Origin: a bacterium
GTDB taxonomy: Bacteria > SAR324 > XYD2-FULL-50-16
Direction of reading: 5' to 3'
Length of the DNA: 64,000 bases
Assembly (NCBI GenBank): GCA_032250835.1
Contig: JAVVEA010000001.1
Location: 320,001-384,000, forward strand
Part shown: piece after piece, positions 10,084 to 20,823 of the stretch
Position numbering within the stretch: the first letter of the stretch is position 1
Layout of the letters: every line of letters begins with the position of its first letter
The notes under the pieces: generated by a model
Told to the model about the DNA's origin: nothing
Seen by the model: only the letters and a program-made list of their open reading frames with translations
Database searches by the model: none
Translations under genes and position numbers: made by a program

Positions 10084-10989
10084 TCAATTAAAGCCAAAAC
10101 GCCGCCGCCAGCGCTTGGCATAAATAGCTCGTTCGATGGCCTCTAAAGAACGGATAGCCGCCGCTTCGCCGCGCTTAAGACAAAGGTCGAGTCTAGTGAA
10201 ATCGGCCCAATGTAGATCCATGATATCAACGGTGATCCGGTGGTCGGCTCCGGCCATACAGCATTCCTTTAAGCCCATCCGGCTGGCTTCTGAAGCCCGC
10301 AATTGTACATCCCAACCCGAAAGGTGCTCTTGTGGCCCTTGGTCTTGGCTTAAAGTTGGGGCGACGTCTACCGCAATCACCAAGTCGGCACCCATCTTGC
10401 GGGCCAAGGCGACCGGTACGGGCACTAACCAGGAACCATCCACAAAGCGCCGTTGGTCAATCTCAATCGGCGGAAAGACACCGGGAATGGCGGCAGTGGC
10501 CATCACCGCTTGCATCATCTTACCGGTCAAAAAGTCCTTCTCCTTACCGGAATGAAGGTCCATGGCCACGAGCCCCAAGGGAATCGGGCAGTCCTCAAGA
10601 TCGATTTTGGGGATCAAGTGGCTCAGGTTCCATTCAAAGGTTTCCTGAGAGATAAAACTGGAGCGGGTGCTGGAGATGGCAAAGAAAAAGCCGGTGCTGA
10701 TCAGTCGCTTGAACTGGTCGTAATAACTCTTAGACTGTTGTTTGGACTCTTTGATGAAGTCCAGGCGGGTCTGGTTAAAGTCCTCGGAGTTCAAAAAACG
10801 GCGGATATTGGTGATCGAGGTGTCGATCTCGGGGTGGGCAGCAAAGATCGACCCAATGATCCCCCCGATGCTCACACCGGTGATCAAATCAATGGGGATC
10901 TTCGCTTCAACGAGGGCCTTGAGCACCCCTAGGTGGGCTAACCCCCTAGAGGCCCCGCCACCTAAAGCAAGCCCAACCTTGAGCGCCAT
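10084..10989 (-). CDS. Patatin-like phospholipase
   Basis: GGGASRG oxyanion motif, GVSIG nucleophile, DG motif. Confidence 0.9.
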   Translation of the reverse strand: MALKVGLALGGGASRGLAHLGVLKALVEAKIPIDLITGVSIGGIIGSIFAAHPEIDTSITNIRRFLNSEDFNQTRLDFIKESKQQSKSYYDQFKRLISTGFFFAISSTRSSFISQETFEWNLSHLIPKIDLEDCPIPLGLVAMDLHSGKEKDFLTGKMMQAVMATAAIPGVFPPIEIDQRRFVDGSWLVPVPVALARKMGADLVIAVDVAPTLSQDQGPQEHLSGWDVQLRASEASRMGLKECCMAGADHRITVDIMDLHWADFTRLDLCLKRGEAAAIRSLEAIERAIYAKRWRRRFGFN

Positions 10990-10997
10990 CTAGTCTC

Positions 10998-12797
10998 CTA
11001 GGTTGGCTGTTTTCGCAGCGCTAGATTCAATTCGCGGAGTTGCTCTACTTCCACTTCGCTGGGTGCGTCGGTGAGCAGACAAGCGGCTTGTTGGGTCTTG
11101 GGGAAAGCGATCACGTCCCGAATCGAATCGGTCCCCACCAAGAACATCATCAAGCGGTCAAAGCCCAAGGCAAGGCCGCCGTGGGGCGGTGCACCGAACT
11201 CAAGGCCGTCTAACAAGAAGCCAAATTTGGTCCGGGCCTCTTCTTCGGTCAGCTTCAGTAGCTTGAAAATGCGCTCTTGGATGTCGCCGCGGTGGATACG
11301 GATACTACCGCCGCCCAGCTCGACGCCATTGAGCACAAGGTCGTAGGCAATGGAGCGGATTTTGGTGGGCTCCGAGCTCTCGTATTGCTCTAGGTCCGTC
11401 AAAACCGGATGGGTGAAGGGGTGGTGGCAGGCATGATAGCTTCCGTCTTCTTCAGACTCAAACAAAGGGAAGTCCGTGATCCAGCAGAAGTTAAATTCCT
11501 TCTCGTCGATCAGGCCCTTCTTCTTGGCGATTTCCTTGCGCAGGTTGCCCAGGGAATCGTTGACCACCCACTTACTATCGGCCCCAAAAAGCAGTAAGTC
11601 GCCCGTTTGGGCCCCGGTAGCGGCTAAAATCTGGGCCTTTTCTTCATCGGTGAAGAACTTGGCAATCGGGCTCTGCCAACCGTCAGGGTTCAGCTTGACC
11701 CAAGCCATCCCTTTGGCGCGGTAAATTTTCACAAACTCGGTCAAGTCGTCTAGTTCCTTGCGGCTAAAGGTAGCGCCACCGGGGACGCAGATGGCTTTAA
11801 CCATCCCATTAGGGGCGTTGGCCGCGTCATTAAAGACTTTAAATTCCACACCTTTGGCCAATTCGGTCAGGTCCTTGAGCTCTAGACCGAAGCGCAGGTC
11901 TGGCGCATCGGAACCAAACCGTTCCATTGCTTCTTGGTAGGTCATGCGGCGGACCGGCTGAGCCACTTCGACCTGTAGTGTCTCTTTAAAGATTTTCGCC
12001 ACCAAGCGACTGACCACCTCGATGATCTGCTCTTGATCCACGAAACTCATCTCTAAGTCGATCTGGGTGAACTCGGGCTGGCGGTTGCCACGTAGGTCCT
12101 CGTCACGGAAGCATTTAACAATCTGAAAATAACGATCATAGCCCGACACCATCAACAACTGTTTAAAGAGCTGCGGTGATTGGGGCAGGGCGTAAAACTT
12201 GCCCGGATTGACCCGGCTAGGCACCAAATAATCCCGCGCCCCTTCGGGGGTAGACTTGGTCAGGACCGGTGTTTCCACCTCGAAGAAGTTTTCTTCGTAC
12301 AAGAAGTTGCGGATCACCTGAGCCGCCTTGGAGCGCAGCATTAAAGAGCGTTGCATCTGCGGGCGGCGCAGGTCTAAGGTGCGGTGCTTGAGACGGTTTT
12401 TTTCGGTGATGCTGGCGCTGTCGTCATTGATCTGGAACGGAAGCGGGACCGAGGTGTTGAGCAAACGCAGTTCTTTAACGAAGATCTCGATTTCGCCGGT
12501 CACCATCTTGGGGTTGACCGTTTCGTCACTACGAGCACTGACCACGCCTTTAACGGCAATCACAAACTCCGAGCGTAGACCCTGAGCTTGTTCAAAAGCC
12601 GTGGGTTGGTGCTGGGGTCCGAAGACTACTTGGCTGATTCCCGTATAGTCGCGTAGATCCACAAAGATCACGCCGCCGTGGTCGCGCCGGTTGTGGACCC
12701 AACCCATTAGGGTCACTTCCTGGCCGATCTCGGCCTTACTCAGGTGGGTCAAAAAATGGCTTCGTTTCCAGTCGCCCAGGGTATCCAGTTGGGTCAT
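10998..12797 (-). CDS. aspS: Aspartate--tRNA ligase
   Basis: [36 protein letters not shown]. Confidence 0.98.
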   Translation of the reverse strand: MTQLDTLGDWKRSHFLTHLSKAEIGQEVTLMGWVHNRRDHGGVIFVDLRDYTGISQVVFGPQHQPTAFEQAQGLRSEFVIAVKGVVSARSDETVNPKMVTGEIEIFVKELRLLNTSVPLPFQINDDSASITEKNRLKHRTLDLRRPQMQRSLMLRSKAAQVIRNFLYEENFFEVETPVLTKSTPEGARDYLVPSRVNPGKFYALPQSPQLFKQLLMVSGYDRYFQIVKCFRDEDLRGNRQPEFTQIDLEMSFVDQEQIIEVVSRLVAKIFKETLQVEVAQPVRRMTYQEAMERFGSDAPDLRFGLELKDLTELAKGVEFKVFNDAANAPNGMVKAICVPGGATFSRKELDDLTEFVKIYRAKGMAWVKLNPDGWQSPIAKFFTDEEKAQILAATGAQTGDLLLFGADSKWVVNDSLGNLRKEIAKKKGLIDEKEFNFCWITDFPLFESEEDGSYHACHHPFTHPVLTDLEQYESSEPTKIRSIAYDLVLNGVELGGGSIRIHRGDIQERIFKLLKLTEEEARTKFGFLLDGLEFGAPPHGGLALGFDRLMMFLVGTDSIRDVIAFPKTQQAACLLTDAPSEVEVEQLRELNLALRKQPT

Positions 12798-12858
12798 CGC
12801 TTTCGGTATTTGGTAGGGTAGGGTTTTCGGCCAATCATCCAGGGCAAAGGGCCCAACG

Positions 12859-13413
12859 TCAAGAGTTGGCCGATAGGTCGCGCTTGATCATGTCGGTTAG
12901 ATGCCGCATATCTTTGGCAATATGAAACAATGCCAAGTTCTTTTCGGAGATAAACCCCTTCACCACCAGATCATTGATCTGCTGTAGAAGGGGATCAAAC
13001 AAGCCGTCACCGTTGAGGATGTACAGGGGCTTGTCGTGTTGTTTGAGTTGGGCCAAGGTGATCACCTCGAACAACTCGTCTAGCGTCCCGAAACCGCCGG
13101 GTAGGACCACAAAGAGGTCCGAATATTTGAGCATGATCGACTTACGGTCGAACATATTTTCCACCTCGATCATCCGGCTCACACCGGGATGACCGATCTC
13201 AACGTTGTTTAGGTGGGTGGGGATCACGCCGATCACCTCGCCGCCTTCAGCCAAACAGGCATCGGCAATCACCCCCATCAACCCAATAGAACCACCGCCA
13301 AAGACCAATCCATGGCCTGCCCCGGCGATCCAACTGCCCAAGGTCAGGGCCCATTCCTCATACTGAGGATTGGTGCCCTTCTTGGAACCGCAAAAAACAC
13401 AAATTCGCTTCAT
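12859..13413 (-). CDS. LOG family nucleotide phosphoribohydrolase
   Basis: [22 protein letters not shown]. Confidence 0.92.
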   Translation of the reverse strand: MKRICVFCGSKKGTNPQYEEWALTLGSWIAGAGHGLVFGGGSIGLMGVIADACLAEGGEVIGVIPTHLNNVEIGHPGVSRMIEVENMFDRKSIMLKYSDLFVVLPGGFGTLDELFEVITLAQLKQHDKPLYILNGDGLFDPLLQQINDLVVKGFISEKNLALFHIAKDMRHLTDMIKRDLSANS

Positions 13414-13415
13414 GG

Positions 13416-15239
13416 TTATTCGTAAAAGCTCTTGAGCATGCGGCTACGGGTTGGGTGGCGCAGCTTGCGAAGCGCCTTAGCTTCGATCTGCCGGATACGC
13501 TCACGGGTGACGTCAAAGTCCTGGCCCACTTCTTCTAAGGTATGGTCTTTCTTTTCGTCGATGCCAAAACGCATCTTAAGGACCTTTTCCTCGCGCGGAG
13601 TCAAGGTACCCAGCACGTTGCGGGTGACATCGGCCAAGTAGGTGTTGACCACTGACTCAGAGGGCAACACGGCACTTGAGTCCGGGATGAAGTCACCTAG
13701 ATGCGAATCGTCTTCATCGCCAATCGGCGTCTCTAGACTGATCGGCTCTTTGGCGATTTTCAGCACCTTGCGGACCTTATCCACCGGCAGGTCCATCTTT
13801 TCGCTGATCTCTTCGGGGCTCGGCTCGCGGCCAAACTCCTGGACCAGATGACGGCTGGTGCGGATCAGTTTGTTGATCGTTTCGATCATATGCACCGGGA
13901 TGCGGATCGTGCGGGCCTGATCCGCAATGGCGCGGGTGATGGCCTGACGAATCCACCAAGTGGCATAGGTCGAGAACTTATAACCCCGACGGTATTCAAA
14001 TTTATCCACCGCCTTCATCAAGCCGATGTTGCCCTCTTGGATCAAGTCCAAGAACTGCAAGCCCCGGTTGGTGTATTTCTTAGCAATGGAGATCACCAAG
14101 CGGAGGTTGGCCTCGACCAATTGGCTCTTGGCGCTACTGACCTTACGTTCAGCAATCTTCAGCTTCTTGATCTCAGCGCGGAACTTGTCTAAAGCTACGT
14201 CGGTCTGGGTGATCATCTTGTCGATCCGGCGGTTACCGGCCTGTACCTTTTCTAAGATACGCCGGGCGACCCGGAAGCTGTGGCCGGTGATGCTCTTAAC
14301 TTCCGCTTCAACCTTCTGGCCCTTTTTGGGGTCTGTATCGTCCCACTGGGCAACTAACTCTTCAACCTTGCCCACCGGAGCGCGCAGGTCGCGCTGGTAG
14401 CGGGAAAGCTGGGTGAAGGTAAGGTCGATCTTGTCGTTGTGGTGCAGCATCACCCGGAACATGGTGTCGATCTGCTTGGTGTTGAAGTTGATGCTACGCA
14501 GCACCTTAAGCAACACAAAGCGGCCCTCTTCCACGTCCTTTTCGACTTCCGCCCGTTTCTTTTCGTCTTTTAGGCCTTCGAGCTTCTTAGACAACTTGTT
14601 GCGCTCATCAAAGGCTTTTTTGGCTTCTTTGAGCTTGTTTAAGACTTGGTCTGCTGCTTGGCTTTCTTCTTCGATCACCTGATCATCTTCGTCGATACCG
14701 CTGACAATGTCGCGGGCGCGGGCCTTGCCGAAGCGCAGCTTTTTGCCTAAGTCAAACAGGTAGTTAACGATCAGTTCGCTCTTGAGCAAGATATCCAACA
14801 TTTCGTGTTGGCCTTTCTCGATCTTCTTGGCGATCTTCACTTCCCCTTCGCGGGTCAGTAGCTTGATGGAGCCCATCTCACGCAGGTACATCCGTACGGG
14901 GTCGTCGGAATTCTGCTCGAGCGTTTGGACCTCTTCTTCCTCCTCTTCGTTGTCAAAGTCCGAAGATTCTTCCATTTCCGAGTTGAAGTCTTCGTCGGTA
15001 AATTTAGACTTCTTCGTGGTGTTGACGATCTCTACGTTGTTCGACTCTAGGTGGTCGATGATCGAAGATTGAAACTCCTTGGGCAATTCGTAAGGAATCA
15101 AATCGCTCAATTCGTCTTCCGTCAAAAAGCCTTTCTCCTTGCCCTTGGAAACGAGGTTGCGGAACAGTTTTTCCAGTTCCTTTTCCGAGGGGAGTGCTGC
15201 TTTTTTTCCTTTCTTCGCCTTTGCGATCTTCTCTGCCAT
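13416..15239 (-). CDS. rpoD: RNA polymerase primary sigma factor
   Basis: [43 protein letters not shown]; start set at MAEKIAK (15239). Confidence 0.98.
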   Translation of the reverse strand: MAEKIAKAKKGKKAALPSEKELEKLFRNLVSKGKEKGFLTEDELSDLIPYELPKEFQSSIIDHLESNNVEIVNTTKKSKFTDEDFNSEMEESSDFDNEEEEEEVQTLEQNSDDPVRMYLREMGSIKLLTREGEVKIAKKIEKGQHEMLDILLKSELIVNYLFDLGKKLRFGKARARDIVSGIDEDDQVIEEESQAADQVLNKLKEAKKAFDERNKLSKKLEGLKDEKKRAEVEKDVEEGRFVLLKVLRSINFNTKQIDTMFRVMLHHNDKIDLTFTQLSRYQRDLRAPVGKVEELVAQWDDTDPKKGQKVEAEVKSITGHSFRVARRILEKVQAGNRRIDKMITQTDVALDKFRAEIKKLKIAERKVSSAKSQLVEANLRLVISIAKKYTNRGLQFLDLIQEGNIGLMKAVDKFEYRRGYKFSTYATWWIRQAITRAIADQARTIRIPVHMIETINKLIRTSRHLVQEFGREPSPEEISEKMDLPVDKVRKVLKIAKEPISLETPIGDEDDSHLGDFIPDSSAVLPSESVVNTYLADVTRNVLGTLTPREEKVLKMRFGIDEKKDHTLEEVGQDFDVTRERIRQIEAKALRKLRHPTRSRMLKSFYE

Positions 15240-15274
15240 ATTCCAGCCTGGGTACAGGTTGCGTGGGGAGGGCC

Positions 15275-17035
15275 TCAAGCCGTTCCACTTTCCTTGGTCT
15301 TGCGTTGTTTCATCATCGCCATCACCTGTTCACGTTCTGCGTCACTGCCTTTGACAGCCCGCAGGCGCTGCTTGGTTTTGCCTAGATGAAACTCTTCGAT
15401 CAGCTTGGCCAGTTTATCTTCCGAATAGCTCTCGGTGCTGTAACGGTTTGCGCTACGCTGTAATTGCGTGATCACCGAGCTGTGTTCCGGAAAAAACCGG
15501 GGCATATCGAAGGGATGGATTTGCTCGTATTCGACGTCTTCTAAAGAGACGATCCGTTCAAATAATTCCCTTAAATAAATATTCGTAAGTTCTTCGGTTC
15601 CAACCTCCCTTCGGATGGTTTGTAGGGCTTGATGTTGCTCAATGAGGTAACAAATCAATGCCTTTTCGCTCGGTTCAATCTGCCTCAAGTCAATTCCCTG
15701 AGGCAGCCTAATCCCGGCCTCTAAGTTAGCCCGCGCCGGTTTGGGTGCGGATTGGGCACGACTGGTAAGCCGCCCCCTATCGACGCCAAATTTCTTGGCG
15801 ACGAGATTCAAAAAGATGTCGCGCTTATCGGCCGACTGAATCTCCCGGCTTAAGGCCACCAACTCCGAAGCTCGGTTGGCCTGCTGGGTCAGTCCCTTAT
15901 CGCGCACCTCATCATAGGCCCGGTCTAGTAAGTATTCATGGTCCCTAGGTGCCTCCTCTAAGAGGCGTGTCATCTGGGCGCTAGAATACTTCTTAAAAAA
16001 GTCATCCGGGTCCAATCCTTCGGGCAGTACCGCCACCCGCGCATCCAAATCATTTTCCACAAACAATCGCGCAGCCTTGGCTGCCGCAGTCTTGCCTGCT
16101 TCATCGCCGTCTAAGAGCAATTCTACTTCCGTCACACCTAACCGGCGCAAGGCCCGTACATGCTCTTGGTTGAGCGCCGTCCCGCAACCAGCAATGGCCC
16201 ATTTAAAGCCCTGTTCATGCAGCCGGATCACGTCCAAGTACCCCTCGACCAACAGCGCCTTCTTTGAGCGCCGGATTTCGTCGCGGGCCTCGAAGGCACC
16301 GTAAAAAACGCTGCTCTTCTTATAAAGCTCCGTCTCGGGCGGGTTGAGGTACTTCGGTTCCCCATCGCCCAAAATCCTTCCCGCAAAGCCCAGGCACCGC
16401 CCTTGTACGTCGCGGATCGGGAAGATCAGGCGGTCGCGTAGCCGGTCGTACCAGTTGCCACTCTCGCCTTGTTTGATCAACCCCGCCGACTCTTGAACCT
16501 TCTGTTCTACACCCTTGAGGTTCAAATAATCATGCAGCAAGGTCCAACCTTCAGGGGCCCAGCCCAACTGAAACCGGTCGGCCAATTCCAAACTCAACTC
16601 TCGCTGGGTCAAATACCGGCGCACCTTTGAATCCGCCCCGCCTTGTACCAAGCGGTTGCGGAAGTATTCTAAGGTCTGATCCAGACAGCTCCGGACCTCG
16701 CCAAATCCCTTATAGGCTTCGCCGCCGCCCTTGCGGTCCAGCTTATAGCCAGCACGGTCAGCCAAATATTCAACGGCTTCGATGAAATGGAAATGCTCCA
16801 CGTCCATCAAGAAGCCAATGGCGTTGCCATGGACCCCACAACCAAAGCAATGGTAACTTCCGCGCGACGGCGAGACCACAAAGGAGGGGGTCTTCTCCTG
16901 GTGGAAGGGGCATAGCCCCATAAAGTTTTGGCCCGACGCCTTCAGCGGCGTATAACCCGAAATCAACTGGACCAGATCGGTGGACTCTACAATGGCGTCA
17001 ATCTGTTCCTTGGGGATGTGGCCCTTGGGCTCCAT
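15275..17035 (-). CDS. dnaG: DNA primase
   Basis: CPFH...CFGC zinc finger, [26 protein letters not shown]. Confidence 0.97.
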   Translation of the reverse strand: MEPKGHIPKEQIDAIVESTDLVQLISGYTPLKASGQNFMGLCPFHQEKTPSFVVSPSRGSYHCFGCGVHGNAIGFLMDVEHFHFIEAVEYLADRAGYKLDRKGGGEAYKGFGEVRSCLDQTLEYFRNRLVQGGADSKVRRYLTQRELSLELADRFQLGWAPEGWTLLHDYLNLKGVEQKVQESAGLIKQGESGNWYDRLRDRLIFPIRDVQGRCLGFAGRILGDGEPKYLNPPETELYKKSSVFYGAFEARDEIRRSKKALLVEGYLDVIRLHEQGFKWAIAGCGTALNQEHVRALRRLGVTEVELLLDGDEAGKTAAAKAARLFVENDLDARVAVLPEGLDPDDFFKKYSSAQMTRLLEEAPRDHEYLLDRAYDEVRDKGLTQQANRASELVALSREIQSADKRDIFLNLVAKKFGVDRGRLTSRAQSAPKPARANLEAGIRLPQGIDLRQIEPSEKALICYLIEQHQALQTIRREVGTEELTNIYLRELFERIVSLEDVEYEQIHPFDMPRFFPEHSSVITQLQRSANRYSTESYSEDKLAKLIEEFHLGKTKQRLRAVKGSDAEREQVMAMMKQRKTKESGTA

Positions 17036-17042
17036 AGCTCCC

Positions 17043-17870
17043 CTACACGAAAAGGCCTACGCCATCGGCGGCAGGCTCTACCAATCCTTTCTTAGCAGCG
17101 GCTTCAAAGAGGCGCTCGATCGCTTGGCGTCCTTCGGCGCCCAAATCCTTACTGAACTCGTTTACGTAGAGACCAATATGGGCATCGACCACCGCTTCGC
17201 CCATTTCCTGGGCATGTTCGCTAATAAAGCTCCTGGCCGCTTGTGGGTGAGCCTCGGCGTACATGATGCTTTCTTTGATCAGAGCTTGGATCGCTTGCTG
17301 GTCGGTTTTGGCTAGGTCACGGCGGACCAAAATCCCACCCAAAGGAATGGGCAATCCGCTGGTTTGCTCCCACCAGGCCCCTAGGTCGGCGTAACTATGC
17401 AAGCCCTGATCCTTATAGGTGAACCGCGATTCATGAATGATCACCCCCGAGTCCACTTCGCCGGACAAGACCGCTGGGATGATCTGGTCGAAGACCATCT
17501 GGACCGGCTCAAACTCACCTTCTTGAGACAGTTGGAACAAGAGATTGGCCGTGGTCCAGTCGCCGGGCAGCGCGACCTTTCCGCCCTTAGGGACTTGCTC
17601 GGTTTTGCCGATCCACAAGGGACCGCAACCACGCCCTAAAGCTCCGCCAGAACTGAGCAATTGGTACTGATCCAGCAAATGAAAATACGCGTGGATTGAG
17701 GCCTTGGTGATGTCTAGTTTTGCTGACCGCGCCAGTTGGTTTAGCTCCTCGACATCGTGTATATGGGGCACGAAGGCATAAGGGCTGTTGAGGCGTCGAT
17801 GGACGAGGGCGTCGAAGATGTAGGTGTCGTTCGGGCAGGAAGAAAAACCGAGGGTCAATTGACTCATCAT
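17043..17870 (-). CDS. mqnD: 1,4-dihydroxy-6-naphthoate synthase (futalosine pathway)
   Basis: SSCPNDTYIF, GALGRGCGP, IIHESRFTY, PIPLGG, HIGLYVN. Confidence 0.93.
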   Translation of the reverse strand: MMSQLTLGFSSCPNDTYIFDALVHRRLNSPYAFVPHIHDVEELNQLARSAKLDITKASIHAYFHLLDQYQLLSSGGALGRGCGPLWIGKTEQVPKGGKVALPGDWTTANLLFQLSQEGEFEPVQMVFDQIIPAVLSGEVDSGVIIHESRFTYKDQGLHSYADLGAWWEQTSGLPIPLGGILVRRDLAKTDQQAIQALIKESIMYAEAHPQAARSFISEHAQEMGEAVVDAHIGLYVNEFSKDLGAEGRQAIERLFEAAAKKGLVEPAADGVGLFV

Positions 17871-17906
17871 CAAAACGCCGAGGTGGGCCGAGGTGTAACC
17901 AGGAAC

Positions 17907-17928
17907 CCCGGAGTCCGAAGACTCCGGG
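17907..17928 (-). terminator. Stable 9-bp hairpin with cUUCGg tetraloop downstream of rpsT
   Basis: Minus strand CCCGGAGTC-TTCG-GACTCCGGG; weak U-tract. Confidence 0.5.
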
Positions 17929-17943
17929 TGCGAGCTTGTCTGC

Positions 17944-18210
17944 TTAGGCCAGCGCCTTGTTCAGCATCAGCGTCGTGCGCGACTTCTTGCGTGAAGCCGT
18001 GTTCTTGGTAATCACCCCTTTACTCTGGGCCTTGTCGATCACTTTGTGGATCGCGGGCAACAGCGTTTGGGCTTCGTCCTTCTGACCACCGTCGACCAGA
18101 GCAATAAACTTTTTCAGTTCAGTGCGCAGGTTGCCCTTGATGTCGCGGTTGTGCAGGCGGCGCTTGGCGTTCTGGCGGGCACGTTTGATTGCGGATTTGT
18201 GGTTTGCCAC
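17944..18210 (-). CDS. rpsT: 30S ribosomal protein S20
   Basis: ANHKSAIKRARQ, IDKA..KGVI.KN.ASRKKSR; GTG start with AGGAG upstream. Confidence 0.97.
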   Translation of the reverse strand: MANHKSAIKRARQNAKRRLHNRDIKGNLRTELKKFIALVDGGQKDEAQTLLPAIHKVIDKAQSKGVITKNTASRKKSRTTLMLNKALA

Positions 18211-18221
18211 GTCGTCTTCTC

Positions 18222-18593
18222 CTAAAAGGCGTTTTGCAAGTGTTCCAACCTAAGTCGTTCGCCGTCGTTAGTGACGGCGATTACGTCGAACCGAGGCTGT
18301 AGCCCTCGGATCTGTTTTTCTTCCAAATAAACCAAGGCCAGTTGGCGAATCTTTTTCGTCTTGGCCTGGGTCATCTGGAGCAGGGGGTCTAAGTCGGTGC
18401 GGGTTTTAACTTCCACAAAGACTATATACTCCCCCCATGTTGCCACCAAGTCCAACTCGCCCAGTTTGCACCGGTAGTTGGCCTCTAAAATCTTGTAGCC
18501 CTGCTTCTTCAGGTGCTTTTTGGCCAATTCTTCGCCCCTTTGGCCCAGCCGGTGGGCTGGGTTTTTGGGCTTTTTCTTGAAAAGGCCGCGCAC
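18222..18593 (-). CDS. yraN: YraN family protein
   Basis: GQRGE, NYRCKLGELDLV, VFVEVKTR, RFDVI, AF terminus. Confidence 0.92.
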   Translation of the reverse strand: MRGLFKKKPKNPAHRLGQRGEELAKKHLKKQGYKILEANYRCKLGELDLVATWGEYIVFVEVKTRTDLDPLLQMTQAKTKKIRQLALVYLEEKQIRGLQPRFDVIAVTNDGERLRLEHLQNAF

Positions 18594-18595
18594 CC

Positions 18596-18952
18596 TTAGC
18601 GGGCCCGCATCTTCTCTTGAATCCGAGCGGCTTTACCGAAGCGATCACGCAGGTAATAAAGCTTCGAGCGGCGGACCTTACCGATGCGCAGGACGTCGAT
18701 GCTGTCGATCTTAGGCGAGTGCAGGGGGAAAACCCGCTCAATGCCGAAGCCGTTGCTTACCTTGCGGACCGTGAAGGTTGCCTTCAAGTTTTTTGCGCCG
18801 CCGTGCATGGCGATCACCACGCCCTCGAAGGGCTGAAGGCGTTCTTTCTCACCCTCTTTGATCTTGTAATAGACCTTAACGGTGGTGCCCACGTCGAAAC
18901 GGGGAAGTTCGCGTAGTTGCTCTTTTTCAATCTGATCGATCAGTTTGCTCAT
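18596..18952 (-). CDS. rplS: 50S ribosomal protein L19
   Basis: [32 protein letters not shown]; start set at MSKLIDQ. Confidence 0.97.
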   Translation of the reverse strand: MSKLIDQIEKEQLRELPRFDVGTTVKVYYKIKEGEKERLQPFEGVVIAMHGGAKNLKATFTVRKVSNGFGIERVFPLHSPKIDSIDVLRIGKVRRSKLYYLRDRFGKAARIQEKMRAR

Positions 18953-18986
18953 TGCCGCTCCAAATCCAATAAGGAGGTTGTTGCCC

Positions 18987-19676
18987 TTAGGGCCTCGGGT
19001 CCAAGAGGTCAGGCCGCTTGTCCCTGGTTGTCCGACGGCTCTCATCAAGCCGCCAGTCGTCAATTTTTTTATGGTCCCCGCTCAGTAAAATCTCGGGAAC
19101 GCTCAGCCCGCGGAACTCCGCAGGTTTCGTGTATTGGGCGTGTTCTAGGCTAGGGGTCTCGAAGGATTCTTTTTCCAAAGAGGCCTCATTGCCAATCACC
19201 TCCGGCAGCAACCGGGCCACCGACTCCAAAACCGCCATGGCGGCCACTTCGCCGCCCATCAAAATATAATCGCCGAGGCTCAATTCTTCGTCGACAAACT
19301 GACAAATCCGCTCGTCAAAGCCTTCAAAGCGCCCGCAAATCAAAGCCAGGGGCTTATCCATTTCAGCCAACCGGTGGGCGTCCGCTTGAACGTACTTCTT
19401 AGCCCTAGGCGTGATCAGCAGGCGGTGGGCCTTTTTGCCTTGGGCCAACTCAGCGGCTTCTAAGGCTTCAATGATCGGCTCTGGGCGTAATACCATCCCA
19501 GCTCCGCCGCCGTAGGGCGTATCGTCCACCTTCTTGTGTTTGCCCAAACCTTGGTCGCGGAAGTTAAACCGCTTGACCTCCAGTTTGCCTTCTTCAATCG
19601 CCCGTCCCAGCAGTCCTGACGCCAAATAGGAGTCAAATAATTCGGGGTAGAGACTAAAGATCCAGAGTTCCTTCAC
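18987..19676 (-). CDS. trmD: tRNA (guanine37-N1)-methyltransferase
   Basis: [40 protein letters not shown]. Confidence 0.97.
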   Translation of the reverse strand: MKELWIFSLYPELFDSYLASGLLGRAIEEGKLEVKRFNFRDQGLGKHKKVDDTPYGGGAGMVLRPEPIIEALEAAELAQGKKAHRLLITPRAKKYVQADAHRLAEMDKPLALICGRFEGFDERICQFVDEELSLGDYILMGGEVAAMAVLESVARLLPEVIGNEASLEKESFETPSLEHAQYTKPAEFRGLSVPEILLSGDHKKIDDWRLDESRRTTRDKRPDLLDPRP

Positions 19677-20233
19677 TTCGACTCGTTTCGGTTGCTTTCG
19701 GGCCGGTTCAGTTCGCGCATCCCCGGTGCTAGGTCCAAAGTGATCCGGCCAGCTTCGACGTCGATCTCTTGGAGCACCTCGCCTACGGCGGGGAAAAAGA
19801 ACTCTCCGCCTAAGACATCGGCGACCTTATAAAGCAACTGCCCGGCGGTCTCTATAAAATCGACCACCTCGCCCAGTTCTTCGCCTTCTAAATTAAAGGC
19901 TTGGGTCCCGATCAGGTCATGCACGAAGAACTCGTCTTCTTCGAGCGGCTTCAGCCAGTCGTCTGGCACCCAAATCCCCATCCCCTTGTAGCCTTCGGCT
20001 TGGTTCAGGTCGTGGATTTCAAGGAACCGAAAAAGCCAATGCCCCTTAACGGGGCGAATCTGTTCAACCTGGGCCTCAAAGGCTTCGCTTTGGTCACGCC
20101 CATTCCAGAGCCAGACCTGTTCTAAGCCTTCGAAGAGTTCCAAGTCGTCGGTCAAGGGGTTGGCCTTCAGCTCTCCCTTAATCCCATGGGTGCCCCAGAT
20201 CTCACCGATCTGGGTCATCCGGTCCATTGCCAA
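19673..20233 (-). CDS. rimM: Ribosome maturation factor RimM
   Basis: IG.I..THGIKGE, LEEDEFF.HDLIG; lies between rpsP and trmD. Confidence 0.92.
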   Translation of the reverse strand: MAMDRMTQIGEIWGTHGIKGELKANPLTDDLELFEGLEQVWLWNGRDQSEAFEAQVEQIRPVKGHWLFRFLEIHDLNQAEGYKGMGIWVPDDWLKPLEEDEFFVHDLIGTQAFNLEGEELGEVVDFIETAGQLLYKVADVLGGEFFFPAVGEVLQEIDVEAGRITLDLAPGMRELNRPESNRNESK

Positions 20234-20236
20234 GGC

Positions 20237-20764
20237 TTAAGCCTCTTCGGCGGGGGCCTCGTCGCCACCTTTTGCCGCTTCAGCATCGGCTGCGGGCGCT
20301 GCATCAGCAGCCGCCTTAGCTTCTGCGGCAGCAGCTTCTTCGGCAGCCTTAGCTTCAGCAGCGGCAGCAGCTTCTTCAGCCGCTTTTGCATCCGCAGCGG
20401 CCTTTGCTTCTGCGGCCTTAGCGGCTTCTTCAGCAGCCTTAGCGTCAGCAGCGGCCTTTTCAGCAGCCAACTTGGCGGCCAGCTTACCGGCCAGAGCTTC
20501 GCGGCGCTGCTCGGTAAAAACCGGCGCGATTTCAAAACCGTTTTTGATCAACAACTTGTTGACCGTTTCCGAGGTACTGGCCCCATTGTCAAGCCAGTAC
20601 TGGATGCGCTCCTTTTTGAGCTCCAGGTCTTTGCTTAAAGGGTTCCAGGTGCCCAACTTCTCTAAGAAGCGGCCATCACGCGGTGAGCGGATGTCCGAGG
20701 CGACCATGCGGTAAACCGGCTTTTTCTTGCTGCCCGTACGGGCGAGGCGAATTCTTACTGCCAC
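20237..20764 (-). CDS. rpsP: 30S ribosomal protein S16 with long Ala/Glu/Lys-rich tail
   Basis: [36 protein letters not shown]. Confidence 0.97.
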   Translation of the reverse strand: MAVRIRLARTGSKKKPVYRMVASDIRSPRDGRFLEKLGTWNPLSKDLELKKERIQYWLDNGASTSETVNKLLIKNGFEIAPVFTEQRREALAGKLAAKLAAEKAAADAKAAEEAAKAAEAKAAADAKAAEEAAAAAEAKAAEEAAAAEAKAAADAAPAADAEAAKGGDEAPAEEA

Positions 20765-20801
20765 TGAAAACTCTCCATTCGACTGTTTAGGTCTGTGTGA
20801 T

Positions 20802-20823
20802 AAAAAAGCCCCTTAGAAGGGGC
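20802..20823 (-). terminator. Intrinsic terminator overlapping the ffh stop codon
   Basis: Minus strand GCCCCT-TCTA-AGGGGC followed by T6. Confidence 0.55.

Noticed and set aside
20240..20510. Repetitive DNA resembling a tandem array or CRISPR
   Set aside because: Explained by Ala/Glu/Lys codon repeats in the S16 tail; no constant repeat with unique spacers
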